A DNA stretch of 54,608 nucleotides, filler included, from Catajapyx aquilonaris (GCA_000934665.2; 3 parts of 3 records of this genome joined end to end with filler, not necessarily neighbours in it); one strand, 5' to 3'; positions 21,890-34,600 are shown, counted from the whole stretch's first letter. A program made the numbers and translations. The notes: generated from the sequence alone by a model not told the origin.

Positions 21890-24161
21890 TCAATAGAAGC
21901 CAATGATCCGAAGGGTCGGTCGGACATTAAGGACGAAGCTCGTCATATCTCCAAGCTGCCCACATGCAAATATGGACAAGTGCGTCAGCCCTTTGTGGCC
22001 AGCCGTGAAGGTCATGAGACCTTGCAGAGTGACTTTGAAGCAGTAGCCCAGAATCAGGTGCTTGAGATTGGGGCAATTAGAAGCAATGGCAGACAAGCCC
22101 TGATCAGTGATTTGCGAACCGGTCAGGTCAAGTGAAACTAACTTGCCAACAACGTGCCGAAGTGACAGAAAATTCTGAATGGCATCTTCAGAAATGCGCA
22201 TTCCGTACATGATAGTCAGATGTTGCAAGTTTCTGAGCTTCGCAACTATCGTCAGATCTCTGTCGCTCATCCATAAGGCGTTTTTCAAATGCAGCTCTTC
22301 CAGCAGCATGCAACGAGACAGGTGCTTGAAAGACTTGTGGGTTATGGAATAAGAGGACACTTCCAGTTTCTTCAGTTGGTGTCCAACACTGCTGGTCACC
22401 ACCTTGAACTCATATCCCCCTACTATGCAGTTGATGATGACTTCCACGAGTTCATCCCACTTCTTCTCCACTAGGGGTCTGCGTTTCCGATCAGAAGAAA
22501 AGGGCCAAACTCCTGGGCCAAGGGTCAACTTCCACATCTTTGACTGTTCGGATAGAAGGTCCAAAATATGTGGGCCTCCCTCTGAAACCATAGGAATAAA
22601 TCAGACATGTCTCAAACACTATAGGCATATAATCATGTGGTAGCATACTTGTAAGAATCACGTCGGAAACCTCGACTTCCTTCAGTTCGGTGCATTTCTG
22701 GAAAAACCACTCGAGACTTGCGGTTTTCATGCACTTATAGAAGCCTGTGAGGTGAATTACCTCCAACTTGGGAGCAGTTTTTGCAACGGCCTTCAGCATG
22801 GTGCCTGCGTGTACACTGTTCCATTCCATCAGATGTAGCTTCTTCAGCCATCTCATACACCTCAGCCACTTGGCGACCTGGCTGTATGTCAGCGTTAGTG
22901 TCAAACCATCTAGCACGACGTGTTTCCACAGTGAGGGATCCTTAGCCAGAGTTTCCCACTTCTTGCAAACCAAAGCAACACTTGTTATCAACTCCTCTTC
23001 ATTTAAGTAGGAGAATATTTTGATTATCATCTCAGGTGGTAATTCTGAAAAGGTCATCCTTTGACCCTGAAAAAGAAAAGGAAAAACTGATGTGTAAAAA
23101 GGCAGAGGATAGGGAGGATTTGGAGAGGCGGAGGGTCCAGCCCATGGTCCAGCCAGGTTAATATGTCTCGATTATTCTGAAATGAGTATAGGTCCTCCAT
23201 CAGAATTAACATACTTGTGTCTGTGTGCATGTTAATGCTGATACTTATTTATTCTCATTTTATAATATTTGCATGATTATATTTAGCAATAATTCTGCAT
23301 GCTGCCATTGCTCCCTCACTTTTTATCCAAAAATGCATTCAATTTTAAGCAACCTTATTAATCTTATTTCCATTGCAAGTAATTAAGGACTGAAAATAAT
23401 TGTTGCCCCCCTTAAGCCGCGTTTACATGTGAGCGATTCGACAAGTGAAGTAACCAATTTTGTTTTAGGTGAGAGTAACAATCGATTTTCGGCTCTAACA
23501 ATACTGGCTACTTGGGTAACTCAGCTATGTTACCGTTCGGCGAACACTTCGCTCGTCAAATCGCTCACATGTAAATGCAGCTTTATTTCTTCAAACAGTA
23601 GAACTATTTCAAACATCTCTAAGGTATTTTTACAAGTTTTAATTTAATTCATATTTTGGGCTAGCTTGTGGCTCCCGTCATCGCTGACTACCCCTTATCC
23701 TCCTGAGACCCCTGGTACAGTATACTGTACCTTTGTTTTTTCCAGCACCTTCTGACTAACCCAAACGCGTAAAAAAAACAAAAACAAAGGTACAGTATAC
23801 TGTACCGGGGGTCTCAGGAGGTTATAGGGAAATGCGTGATGGTGATGATGATGATGATGAACTATAGGCTAATAACTATTCAATTTCTGCACTGCATGTT
23901 TACTTTCTGAAAATAACTTCCAATTCTGCTGAAAACTAGTGCACTGGAAAAAAAAGAAGTTTGACTTACATTCGCCTCTTCTGTCGCCTTGCATTCCAAG
24001 TTCTTAGCCCCCTGTCCTTTATTCCTCCCTTGCCTCCTCTTCACACTCACGCTTTGCCTACATCTCTTCGCAACAATCCCAGCGGCTTCCTGGCCAGGCT
24101 GATCTTCAGAAGGCCTCTGCCTCTTCCGTTCGGACCTCCTCAAAGCCCCAGACGAGGCCAT
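21890..24161 (-). CDS. F-box/LRR-repeat protein, paralogue A (exons 24161-23970, 23066-22649, 22581-21890; 433 aa)
   Basis: F-box LPPEMIIKIFSYL...VALVCKKW...DPSLW; cysteine-containing LRRs (LVSLDLTGSQITDQGLSAIASNCPNLKHLILGYCFKVT). GT-AG introns restore one frame: AAT|GGT, and ACA A|AG GGA across a 67-nt intron at 22582-22648. Confidence 0.88.
23415..23582. mobile_element. PIF/Harbinger-type MITE in intron 1 of F-box paralogue A
   Basis: TTA|AGCCGCGTTTACATGTGAGCGA ... TCGCTCACATGTAAATGCAGCT|TTA. Confidence 0.8.
23699..23821. mobile_element. Small hairpin MITE (piggyBac-like ends)
   Basis: TTAT|CCTCCTGAGACCCC.GGTACAGTATACTGTACCTTTG ... CAAAGGTACAGTATACTGTACC.GGGGTCTCAGGAGG|TTAT. Confidence 0.7.
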
Positions 24162-24932
24162 GGGTGGCTTGCACTGCCCTGGAAGCACAAAATAATGGTC
24201 AAAACGTTCTACCCTTGGTTCTACACCTAGAATTAGTGCATGTTCCACAATAGACTGTTCCTAAACAATGTGCGGTTCAGTCATTGTTGGCCTGCACTTT
24301 GTAGTAACATCTTCTGGGCTACCTTTCAACACAAAATGAGCCAGAGGAACAGCCTTCTCTTCACAACAGGACATCGACCTCCAGAAACATTCGAAAATCC
24401 GCCGGCTCCGAATCGTAGCGTAGCGGCTCAAATAACCGCTACTTTATTAATTAGGATCACATAGCTGTTGTTGTAAATGCAAAATTACGTCTTTGATTAC
24501 ATTACAATTTTAAAAAAAAAATATCAATGCTCAAGAAATAACAACATAAGTATTTAATACTCAAATTACATAGGCCATTAACAAACACTGCCATCTCATT
24601 AATTAACGCATGGAAGAGAAACAAGTTGCCAACCAAAAATGGCATCGCACCAGATCCAATTAAAAAAAATATTCACAATAATGTCATAATATTAATTTAA
24701 ATTCCACACATTCAAGTGCACTTTGCAGACTTTGAACCACATAAATGGCAAAACGAACACTGATAAGAAAAGTTAGATGTGCACTCTAAACCACGTAAAT
24801 ACGCAATTAAATACGCCAATTAAGTCGTCAACAAAAAAATGACAACCTTTGTTTGTTACTACTGTAAGACGCCTGCAGATGCAACAAATGGTTATGAGTA
24901 ATTGAACATGACAAACTGCAAACTTCAAAAAT

Positions 24933-26887
24933 TCATAATAAGCCTGTGATCCGCAGGGTTGGTCGGACATTTAGGACGAAGCTTGTCGCATCTTCAAGCT
25001 TGCATCCTAATAAGGACAAGTGCGTGAGCCCTGCGTGACCAGCCGTGAAGGTTGTGAGACCTTGCAGAGTGAATTTCAAGCATTCTTTCAGAATCAGGCA
25101 CTTGAGGTTGGGGCAGTTAGAAGCAATGGCGGACAAGCCCAGGTCGGTGATTTCCGAACCGCTAAGGTTGAGTGAAACTAACTTGCCAACGACGTGTGGA
25201 CACGACAGAAAATTCAGGATGGCATCTGCAGAAATGCGCACTCCGTACATGATAGTCAGATGTTGCATGTTTCTGAGCTGTGCAACTACTGCCAGATCTC
25301 TGTCCCTCATCCATACGGCGTTTTTCAAATGCAGCTCTTCCAGCACCTTGCAGTGAGACAGGTGCTTGAATGAACTGTGGGGTATGCAATAAGACGACAC
25401 CTCCAGTTTCTTCAGTTGGTGTCCAACGCTGCTGGTCACCACCTTGAACTCGTATCCCGCTTCTGTGCAGTTGATGCTGACTTCCACAAGTTTGGCCCAC
25501 CTCTTCTCCACAGGGGGTCTGCGTTTACGATCAGAAGGAAAGGACCAAATTCCAGTTGCGAGGGTCAATTTCCACATCTCCGACTGTTGGGATACAAGGT
25601 CCAAAAGGTGTGGGCCTCCCTCTGAAACCATTGGAATAAATCAGACACGTCTCAAATGCTAGGCATGCAATCATTTGGTAGCATACTTTCAAGTATCAAG
25701 TCGGAAAACACGACTTCCTTCAGTTGGGTGCATTTATGGAAAAAGGGCTCCAGAGTTGTGGTCCTGAAGCTCTTGTTGAAGCCCACAAGGTGTAGTATCT
25801 CCAGTTCTGGAGCAGTTTTCCCAACGGCCTGCAGCATGGTGCCTACATTCACACTGTCCCATTCTGTCAGTTGCAGCGCCTTCAGCCATCTCATGCACAT
25901 CAGCCAGTTGGTGGCCTGGTTACAGGTCAGCCCCAGTGTCGAACCGTCTAGCGTGATGTGTTTCCACAGTGAGGGATCCTTGGCCAAATTTTCCCACTTC
26001 TTGCAAACCAATGCAACAATTGTTATCAACTCCTCTTCATTTAAGTAGGAGAATATTTGGAGCATCATCTCAGGAGGTAATTGCGAAAAGGTCATTCTTT
26101 GGCCCTAAGAAAAAAGAAAAACAAACAAACATGTGTTTGGCAGTAATTGATGTGAGTAGAAGAAATAAATATGGAGACAATAGACATGATTTGGAGGGGA
26201 GGTGGGTCCAACCAGGTTAATATGTCTCGATTATTCTAAATCGAGTTTAGGCCCTGAAGCAGAATGAATATACTTGTGTGCATGTGAATGGTGATAATAA
26301 TTACAGTACTATTACCTTACTTAAAGCAGCATGTTGGTGGCCAGTATAACCTGGCATGCCGCAGTAACCGAGGTAGATTTCCATAATTTTGATCCTTGAC
26401 TAATTTTTTGGAATGAATCTGGTACTGTACTAAAATAATATTATGGTGATAACAGATGATTTCATTCAAGTTAATTTGGTTAATCCGGTTTATTTATGCA
26501 CGATTTTGTAGTCCAAAACTAGCGATTTTTTACGCGAGAGAAAATTAAAAAAACCACACAGAAACCACGTTACATAGTGGAAAAACACTATAATTTCACC
26601 AGCAGAATTTTTTAAAGCCACTGTCACAGCATATGTGACGCCCGTCTTATTAGGGTTAAAAAGATGTCAATTAAGCCGCGCTTACATGTGAGCGATTTGA
26701 AGTGTGAAGTCTTTGCCGAGCGAGAACATCGCTGAGTAACCCAAGTAACTAGTATTGTTCGAGGCAAAAATCAATTGTTACTTTCACCTGAAACTCTGGT
26801 TACTCAGTGATGTTATGGCTCAGCGAAGACTTCACTTGTAAAATCAGTCACATGTAAATGCGGCTTTACTTTTTGATTTGCTCTCGT

Positions 26888-26940
<53 letters not shown>

Positions 26941-27829
26941 GGCAAAACCAGAACATTGGTCAGTGGCTGTAACTTTTACTTACTTTTTGTCTCTGTAACT
27001 TGGCTAGTAACTAATAATAATTAATTAAGCTGCACTGCATGTTAATTTCTGAAAATAACTTCCAACTCGGCTGAGAACTAGTGCACTGGAAACCCAGTCC
27101 GCAGCATCCATAAAAAGCATTATCAGTTGACATTTTATTTCATGTCATTGTGCACTTGCTAATGTCATGAAAAATAAATCGTGAAGTTGGGTGTCGAAAT
27201 TGTACTTTCTTCCATTCCATCTTGATAATGACGTGTGAAGTATGTCCTTAAAAAAATGTGCATCCATGTGTTGTGATGGTGTGCAAGGCTTCACGTAGAA
27301 TTTTTTTTTTTTTAAAATTGTGATACATATTGGCTATTAAAAAATTTAATAGCCAAAATAACCAAAATGTCAAGCCCTGGACACCATCACAACACATGGA
27401 TTCACACGTCATTATCGAGATGGAATGAAAAAGCGCACAATTTCGACACCTAACTTTGTGATTCATTTACACTACTTTGCTTCGCAAATTTTCGTAATTA
27501 AGTAACTCGAATGCAGGTAGCTACATTGAAGAGCACCCCCCAAACAATGTCATGACATTAGCAAGCACACAATGACATGAAATCCACTTGTTATGGCTGC
27601 TGTGGACTGGGTTTCCTCTTTTAAGACTTACATTCCCCTCTTCTGTTGCCTTGCATTCCAAGTTCTTAGCCTCTTGTCCTTTCCTCCCTTGCGTCACTCC
27701 TGCCTTCATTACAGTCACTCTTTGCCTACATCTCTTCGCAACAATCCCAGCGGCTTCCTGGCCAGGCTGGTCTCCATCAGGTGTCAGCCTCTTCCGTTCG
27801 GACCCCCTCAAAGCCCCCGACGAGGCCAT
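24933..27829 (-). CDS. F-box/LRR-repeat protein, paralogue B (exons 27829-27632, 26104-25687, 25621-24933; 434 aa)
   Basis: Same exon structure as paralogue A. A 65-nt GT-AG intron at 25622-25686 joins GAA A|AG GGA in frame; F-box and LRR motifs are intact. Confidence 0.88.
26674..26865. mobile_element. PIF/Harbinger-type MITE in intron 1 of F-box paralogue B
   Basis: TTA|AGCCGCGCTTACATGTGAGCGA ... CACATGTAAATGCGGCT|TTA; the interior is reverse-oriented relative to the copy at 23415. Confidence 0.8.
26888..26940 (+). repeat. (ATC)n microsatellite
   Basis: Read directly, ~17 units. Confidence 0.95.
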
Positions 27830-28668
27830 ATGTTGGCTTGCACTTGCCCTGGAAGCACACAATAATGTCAAAACGTTCTACCCTGGTTCTACACCTAGAA
27901 TTAGTGCATGTTCCGCAATAGACCGTTCCTAACAATGTGTGGTTCAGTCATTGTTGGCAGCCACTGCACTTGTAGTAACATCTTCTAGGCTACCTTTCAA
28001 CACAAAATCAGCCAGAGGAACAGCCTTTTCCTTCTCTTCACGGGACCAAAAAGAGCACCTCCACCTCCAGAGACGTTCGAAAAATCCGCCTCGCCGGCTC
28101 GGAAATATAACGTAACGGCTTAGAGTAGCTGCTACTTAAATTAGAAGAACCGCTATTTGGAATCCGCTCTTTCGACTGTGAGACACTCATTGCAGTGGAT
28201 TGCACGTGAGAAACTGCGTTTGGTCTCTCTGGAGTGACATGTCCAACACTGTACATCACGACGTGTTGCTAACAGAGGAGAGGTGACAATAAGGAATAGC
28301 AAGAATGGATTGCTGCATACCTTGTTATCTCACGCAGAGTTGGAGGTGACGGCAGATGTAAGCAGCACAGTTGTTCCTAGTTATCCCATGCTACTGATAT
28401 ATTGTTGTTGTTATTATGATCAGTAATAGCAAAACCATCTTGCAGTCAAAAGAGAGCTTGCAGAATATAAACAATCGGCCCATACAAACGCTTAATTTGA
28501 ATTAAATTTATTGTCCTACAATAACGCATCCAGAACATCACATATGGAACATTGAAAAAAAGTGAAAATACCTTAATTAACAGTACCGTCACGGAAAACA
28601 TGCCCTGCACTTTCCTATACCATTCGACTGATTCGAGGTATATTGCAAGCACTGCATATAAAATACAT

Positions 28669-31600
28669 TCAGACGTAAAAAGTCTCCAGCCTAAGCTTTC
28701 CGTCATTTTCAGTGAGGAATAGCAGATCAGCCATGGTCTGCTCGATGATGGCCTCTTCTGCCTTCTGGTTCAATCCCCTCCACCCACTGACCTCGATCCT
28801 CCTCTTTCCCTCCCCTCCTTCCCGCAACACCAGGGAAGCGGGAGGCGCATGCTTGAACTTGGGTCCAAAGTTGACAGAGAGCGTGGCACCCTTGTAGAGT
28901 GAGATGGCCGGAAAGTAGGTACCAGCGAAAAGGTCCTCAAATGCCACCCCTTGGCACTTTCCGTTCTTGAAAAATGCAATCCAGCTGCTATTCAACGGAA
29001 CCAAGGTCTTCAGAGCTTCCGACACTCGATCCTTCTCTTCGTAATACAAGTGGCTCTTGAACTTGACAAGTGGCTGGAAAGGAACAATGCAAACAGCGCG
29101 TTACTTTAGGTTTTGCTTTTGGATCTGAAGATGGCTCACCCTGTCCTTATAAGTTGGTGGAAGATAGGACTCGGCTTCAGGTTGATTGGGCAGGTGGATC
29201 ATGAGGCCAAGGGTGTCTCCCTCCTTGAACATCTCTGCATATCGCTTCCCCTTAGATTGGTGGAAGCTGGTTCCCTTCCTGCTCCGATAGCTGTATCCAA
29301 ACTTATCGTAGCCCAGCGGAGCCTGCAAGTTGCCGTACTGCTGGCTCCACCCAATCCGACAGGCAGGAGCTGATCCCCCCTTGTGGCCTCTGTGACCACC
29401 CCTCCTCCTGCCCCCACCGTCATAAGACGAAGCGGAAGATGGCATGTCATCTATGGTGATCTCGTAGTACCAGGTGCCCCGGCTGACCCCGTGGGTGGCC
29501 CTCACCATGCAGTAGCCCTTGTCTCCAGTCACTCCCAGTCTGTCCTCAGAAATCCGGAGCTGTGGGGCCCGGTCGTGAAGGGCAAGCAGGACCGAGGAAG
29601 GGTTAAGCATGCGATACAGCCAGCCAGGGATTGGCTTCCCTGCCCAGTCACTGCTTTCATCAAATTCTTGGCGGAAGGGAGCATGGGGGTCAGGTTCAGC
29701 CAGGATGTACCTGAAAGATGACGTGAACGATGAAGTGATGCAGCAGGAATACTAGCAACTAGGGAGGTACTACAGCCAAATGATCTGCTCCTACATACAA
29801 TGTACAGTACTCCCAATTATCTGGGTGTCAATTATCAGTGCATTGCCTAATAAACAATGTACAGCCCGAAAATATGTCACTGCGCCTTGCAAACATTAAC
29901 ATATGACATGGTTTTTTCAGAAGAAAAACTAAAAATGCATGGGAATATTTCAATTGGGATTAAACCTTACTTAAAGCAGTGTACTATTAACAGCAAAAGT
30001 AATGTCGCGACTGTTTATGTGTTGGTAATCCTAGGTACTGCCAGGTTACGGATATGTTTATATGGCGATGTTCCGGAATCCACAACACTATGCTCACTGG
30101 TCACGTGGCTGCACGGTTCGGGTCGCGGTCTGAGAGCGCCGCTTATTATTCGTGCAACTTATTTCTAGTTGATAGAGTCTGCGTATTTATAAACCCACTC
30201 GTTTATCAGGGATTTAATCCACACTGCAATAAAATAGTACAGTATAAGACTATAAGGTCTCGATTGACAGGCAGGCTGGCATCAACAACACTGCAGTCAT
30301 CATCAACTATTTTTTATAGACCTAACGAACTTCACATTTTGCGCCACACATTAGCAAATTAAACGATGCATTTTAACGAAACGCCTAGTAGTTAACCCTA
30401 ATACTGGAGGGGACCAAGCCTAACATGCTGACTGTGACGTAACAGTTTTGTTTGTCAATGTTATAGGCAACGGAATTATGCCAAAGGCACCCCTCGAATC
30501 TTCCACGCCTCCTTTTTCCATGGAAATGCACTTCACACAACAATAGGAGTAAGCAGTGTTCTATTATCATTGCTCTCATGCAACAATAGGAGTAATTACT
30601 CCTAGTGCAGCATGAGGGCATTCCCTTGGAAACAGGGAGACGGAGTGGCGCCGCGGTAACGCGCGCGCCCACGGAAGTGAAGGTCCCGGGTTCAATCCCC
30701 ACCCGGGGTTCCCACCTTCTTTCGTGCAGAGTTGGGCCATCTCTGGCTTCGTTTCGGGTGGCAATTTCCGATAGACTAAGCCACCCGGGGGAGTTCACAA
30801 AATGACCACTACTCGACAGCGCACACGCACTTTGCACATCCCCTCCTAACAACCTTGGAGCATAATAATAAGATCCTTCTTAACACGCTCCAAAAAATAA
30901 TTCCGGTGGTGGTAATCCACCCCCCATATATGCGCAATAGATATGGGGTAATGCAAATAATAAAAAAATAAATAAATTTAAAAAAAAAAGGGCATTCCCT
31001 TGGAAACAGGAAGAGTGGAAGGTTCCAGAGGTGCATTTGGCAGATTTCCGTCAACTGTAGCTTCAGGGGAATCATGTTTGGAACAGCAAAGTTCACCTTC
31101 TCTATATCCACATCCTCCCCCGCCAAATTCAAAAACCCTCAAGGACATTATAATAATTATGATGTATACTTAGCCATCAAAGGATTAAGGGGGGAGGCAG
31201 GTGCGAGGGAGGGAGAGGAGTATGATAAGGATAATTGTTGGATGAGCATCATTAACAATATGGCCTACACCACAGGCCGCAGGCCTAGAAAAAAGCGAGC
31301 GAAGCAAGCGGGTTTCTTGGCCTGCGCCATAGAAAAATGTTAGCGAAGCAAGGGTTTTACTAGTTGTGCATTAAAATGCTAGCAAGTCTTGAAAATTCAA
31401 TATAGATATTATAACAATTTCAAAACATGAGGCAAGTTGCTGACATATATATGTCGTGAGCCAATTGTACGCGCTGGACCAATAGTCCGCGAGTGAATTG
31501 GCAGCCGGCCAACTGATCTGCCCCTCCAAGCCACCACCACCCCGTAACAGCGAAGAATCAGGATCTGGCATCGCCGCAATTCGTGACGCAAAGGAAGCCG

Positions 31601-34600
31601 CACTTTTCAAACGGAGCCGTCCTGGCCAAGCCAGGATTAATATTAGGCCGATGTCATTGTCACCGTCATCATTATCATCATCATTGTCCTGGTCATTACT
31701 AAGAGGTCGCCACTGCACCTTGCAACGTTAGTGGCCTACACTATTTCCTGGTGTTTGTGGCATGTAACTCATTTTAGTTGTGCGCAAAGCTAACCCGTAG
31801 CAGTAAATGATCATGGAAGAATGAATTCCGAGTTGTTGACATATTATTACTGCAACAGAATGACACAAAACGAGTTGCGTCTGTGAAATCAATGCAACAT
31901 TAATAATTGTCATCTCCATGCACTCAACACTTGCGTCAAATAATCCAGAGAGAGGAAAGCACTCAACTTGCGGCCAATGACTCGTGAGTCAAGGTTTTGA
32001 TTTCCAATGACTCAAATGGTGTTCCCAGCAGTGTCACTTTCCCAAGTAAACATGTACAGTTCCGCTCATGAAGAATGGCACGACTCTATGTACGACGTGT
32101 CTATTCTGACTATCCAGCATTATTCCCAACCTGATTTCGTCGCGACACTATGGACAACTTGTCCTAGATCTCTGGCGACCCACATGACCCCATCCCGACT
32201 TTTTCCGACAAAATTTTATTACCAAAATGTTCAGCCTGGTACAATAGATTTGAGATGAATTATTTGATCTTACTTTGCCTTGTTTTTTCTTCTCTTTTTT
32301 CCTTGATTTTAATTGCCTTTTCCCAGCCTTCCTCATGACCCCGAAAAACATGCTGGTGACCCAGGGATTGGGAACAAAACAAACATTTTGTCCACAGAGT
32401 CATACCATTCTTAGTACTGTACTTATACTGTGAAAGTCATTAACTGAAACATGAACATGATGTTGTCACCGTTTCCCGTAAACGTATAGGCAGGATATTG
32501 CTTCCAACTATTTATTGCCACTTGGTGTGTTCTTATGGCATCTCGAGTTACAGAGCATGTTTTTCTGGAAGCAACCACATCTAGCAGTTTGGCATCGTAC
32601 CTTTGACAACTGGCACATGCACTTCCTGAACCCCACCCGAACGCAACCACTGCCTCCCTGACTGACTAAGTCTTATCCTGACGCACATCATCAAGGGTCA
32701 CAAACTGCACCAGGGTCTTGCGCAGGTCCTCTTCCCGATGCCAGCCGTTGATGATGCCTTTTCTGGTCCCCATTTGGAAGAGGCCATGATCATTTGTAGC
32801 CATTCTTCATGAGCGGAACTGTACATGTTTACTTGGGAAAGTGACACTGCTGGGAACACCATTTGAGTCATTGGAAATCAAAACCTTGACTCACGAGTCA
32901 TTGGCCGCAAGTTGAGTGCTTTCCTCTCTCTGGATTATTTGACGCAAGTGTTGAGTGCATGGAGATGACAATTATTAATGTTGCATTGATTTCATAGACG
33001 CAACTCGTTTTGTGTCATTCTGTTACAGTAATAATATGTCAACAACTCGGAATTCATTCTTCCATGATCATTTACTGCAACGGGTTAGCTTTGCGCACAA
33101 CTAAAATGAGTTACATGCCACAAACACCAGGAAATAGTGTAGGCCACTAACGTTGCAAGGTGCAGTGGCGACCTCTTAGTAATGACCAGGACAATGATGA
33201 TGATAATGATGACGGTGACAATGACATCGGCCTAATATTAATCCTGGCTTGGCCAGGACGGCTCCGTTTGAAAAGTGCGGCTTCCTTTGCGTCACGAATT
33301 GCGGCGATGCCAGATCCTGATTCTTCGCTGTTACGGGGTGGTGGTGGCTTGGAGGGGCAGATCAGTTGGCCGGCTGCCAATTCACTCGTGGACTATTGGT
33401 CCAGCGCGTACAATTGGCTCACGACATATACAAGAGTCAGCCAGAAAATTCACGATGCTGCAGTTTCAATGCCATGTGCCGGACAAGGTAAAGACGAGCA
33501 TGAGCACAGATGTTGAAACTTCTAATACTTTGTAGGACGGGTACGTGCCATGTTGCAGCTTGTTCGCAGGCGCAACAGCTGTTGGATGAGACCGAGTGGC
33601 AAGCAGAGAGTGTCAGCCTACATTCCGCCAGGAGAAGTCATGGCCAACAGACGAGTACATTGGTCACATGAACTACGTAAAGCAGAAGTGAAGGCAAATT
33701 TTTTGAAATCAGTGGAGGTGGAGGGGTATGGTCAGAACGTCACATCTGAGCAAAATGGTGTGGTGATGGTGCCACCAATTCCATGACGGCCGCAAGCGTG
33801 AAGGACAACTAGAGACCAGGACGACCAACCATGGCCATAACTGATAAGCACATCGCACGAGTTGGAGTGGATAACTCACAACAGCCTTCACATATGCCCC
33901 AGTCCATGTGACCAACACATGTGTGTCGTCCAACGAATGCTGTGCCTGTGCACAAGGTGCAAGATGGCACCTACCCATCCTATAAAGTACCAGAAGGTTC
34001 GACATCTCTGCTCATGCTCGTCTTTACCCTGTAAATTCCATGGCATCAAAACTGTAGCACTGCAAAACTTGGATTTTAATTGATGTAACCCTATACCTGT
34101 ATCCATCCTTGTTGTACGGATGCTCCAGTGGGTACCCATGTGAAGGGAGCTTCGGAGCATTTGGGTCGCCTCCCCTGTGGTGGTCTCCAGTTGCTGACCC
34201 TCCTCCCCCTCCTCCCCGCCCCTTCTTTCCACCACCTCCTGAGCCTGCCTGGTCTGGAAACCGCCGCTTTGCACTGCGACTCTTGAGTGCCGATGACATT
34301 GCTGTCCATCAAGAGGTATAAAAATATATTAAATAATCTGCTTTACACTTCCACCCATGGTTAATTATGACCTGCATAATGGTACATTATTTTGAATATT
34401 ACAGGTCACATCTCTGACGTCAGATGAATGAAGACCGTATCTCAAAAACTAGTGAGGGTGAAAGTCGCATGCATGCCCTGACTCGCGGATTAGTGCAGGG
34501 AATGCATGCGACTTACACCCTTACTAGTTGTTGAGATACGGTCTTCTTTCATCTGACGTCTGATCTGTTTGTAACAGACACTGAATTCACAGGCACTTGT

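Noticed and set aside
22491..25686. Apparent conserved frameshift or split ORFs in both F-box genes
   Set aside because: Explained by a small GT-AG intron (67 and 65 nt) whose removal restores the frame in both copies; this is neither programmed frameshifting nor pseudogenisation.
31371..33535. Mirror-image ORF pairs (31371-31718 and 33160-33516, etc.)
   Set aside because: They result from the inverted repeat and show no recognisable protein motifs.
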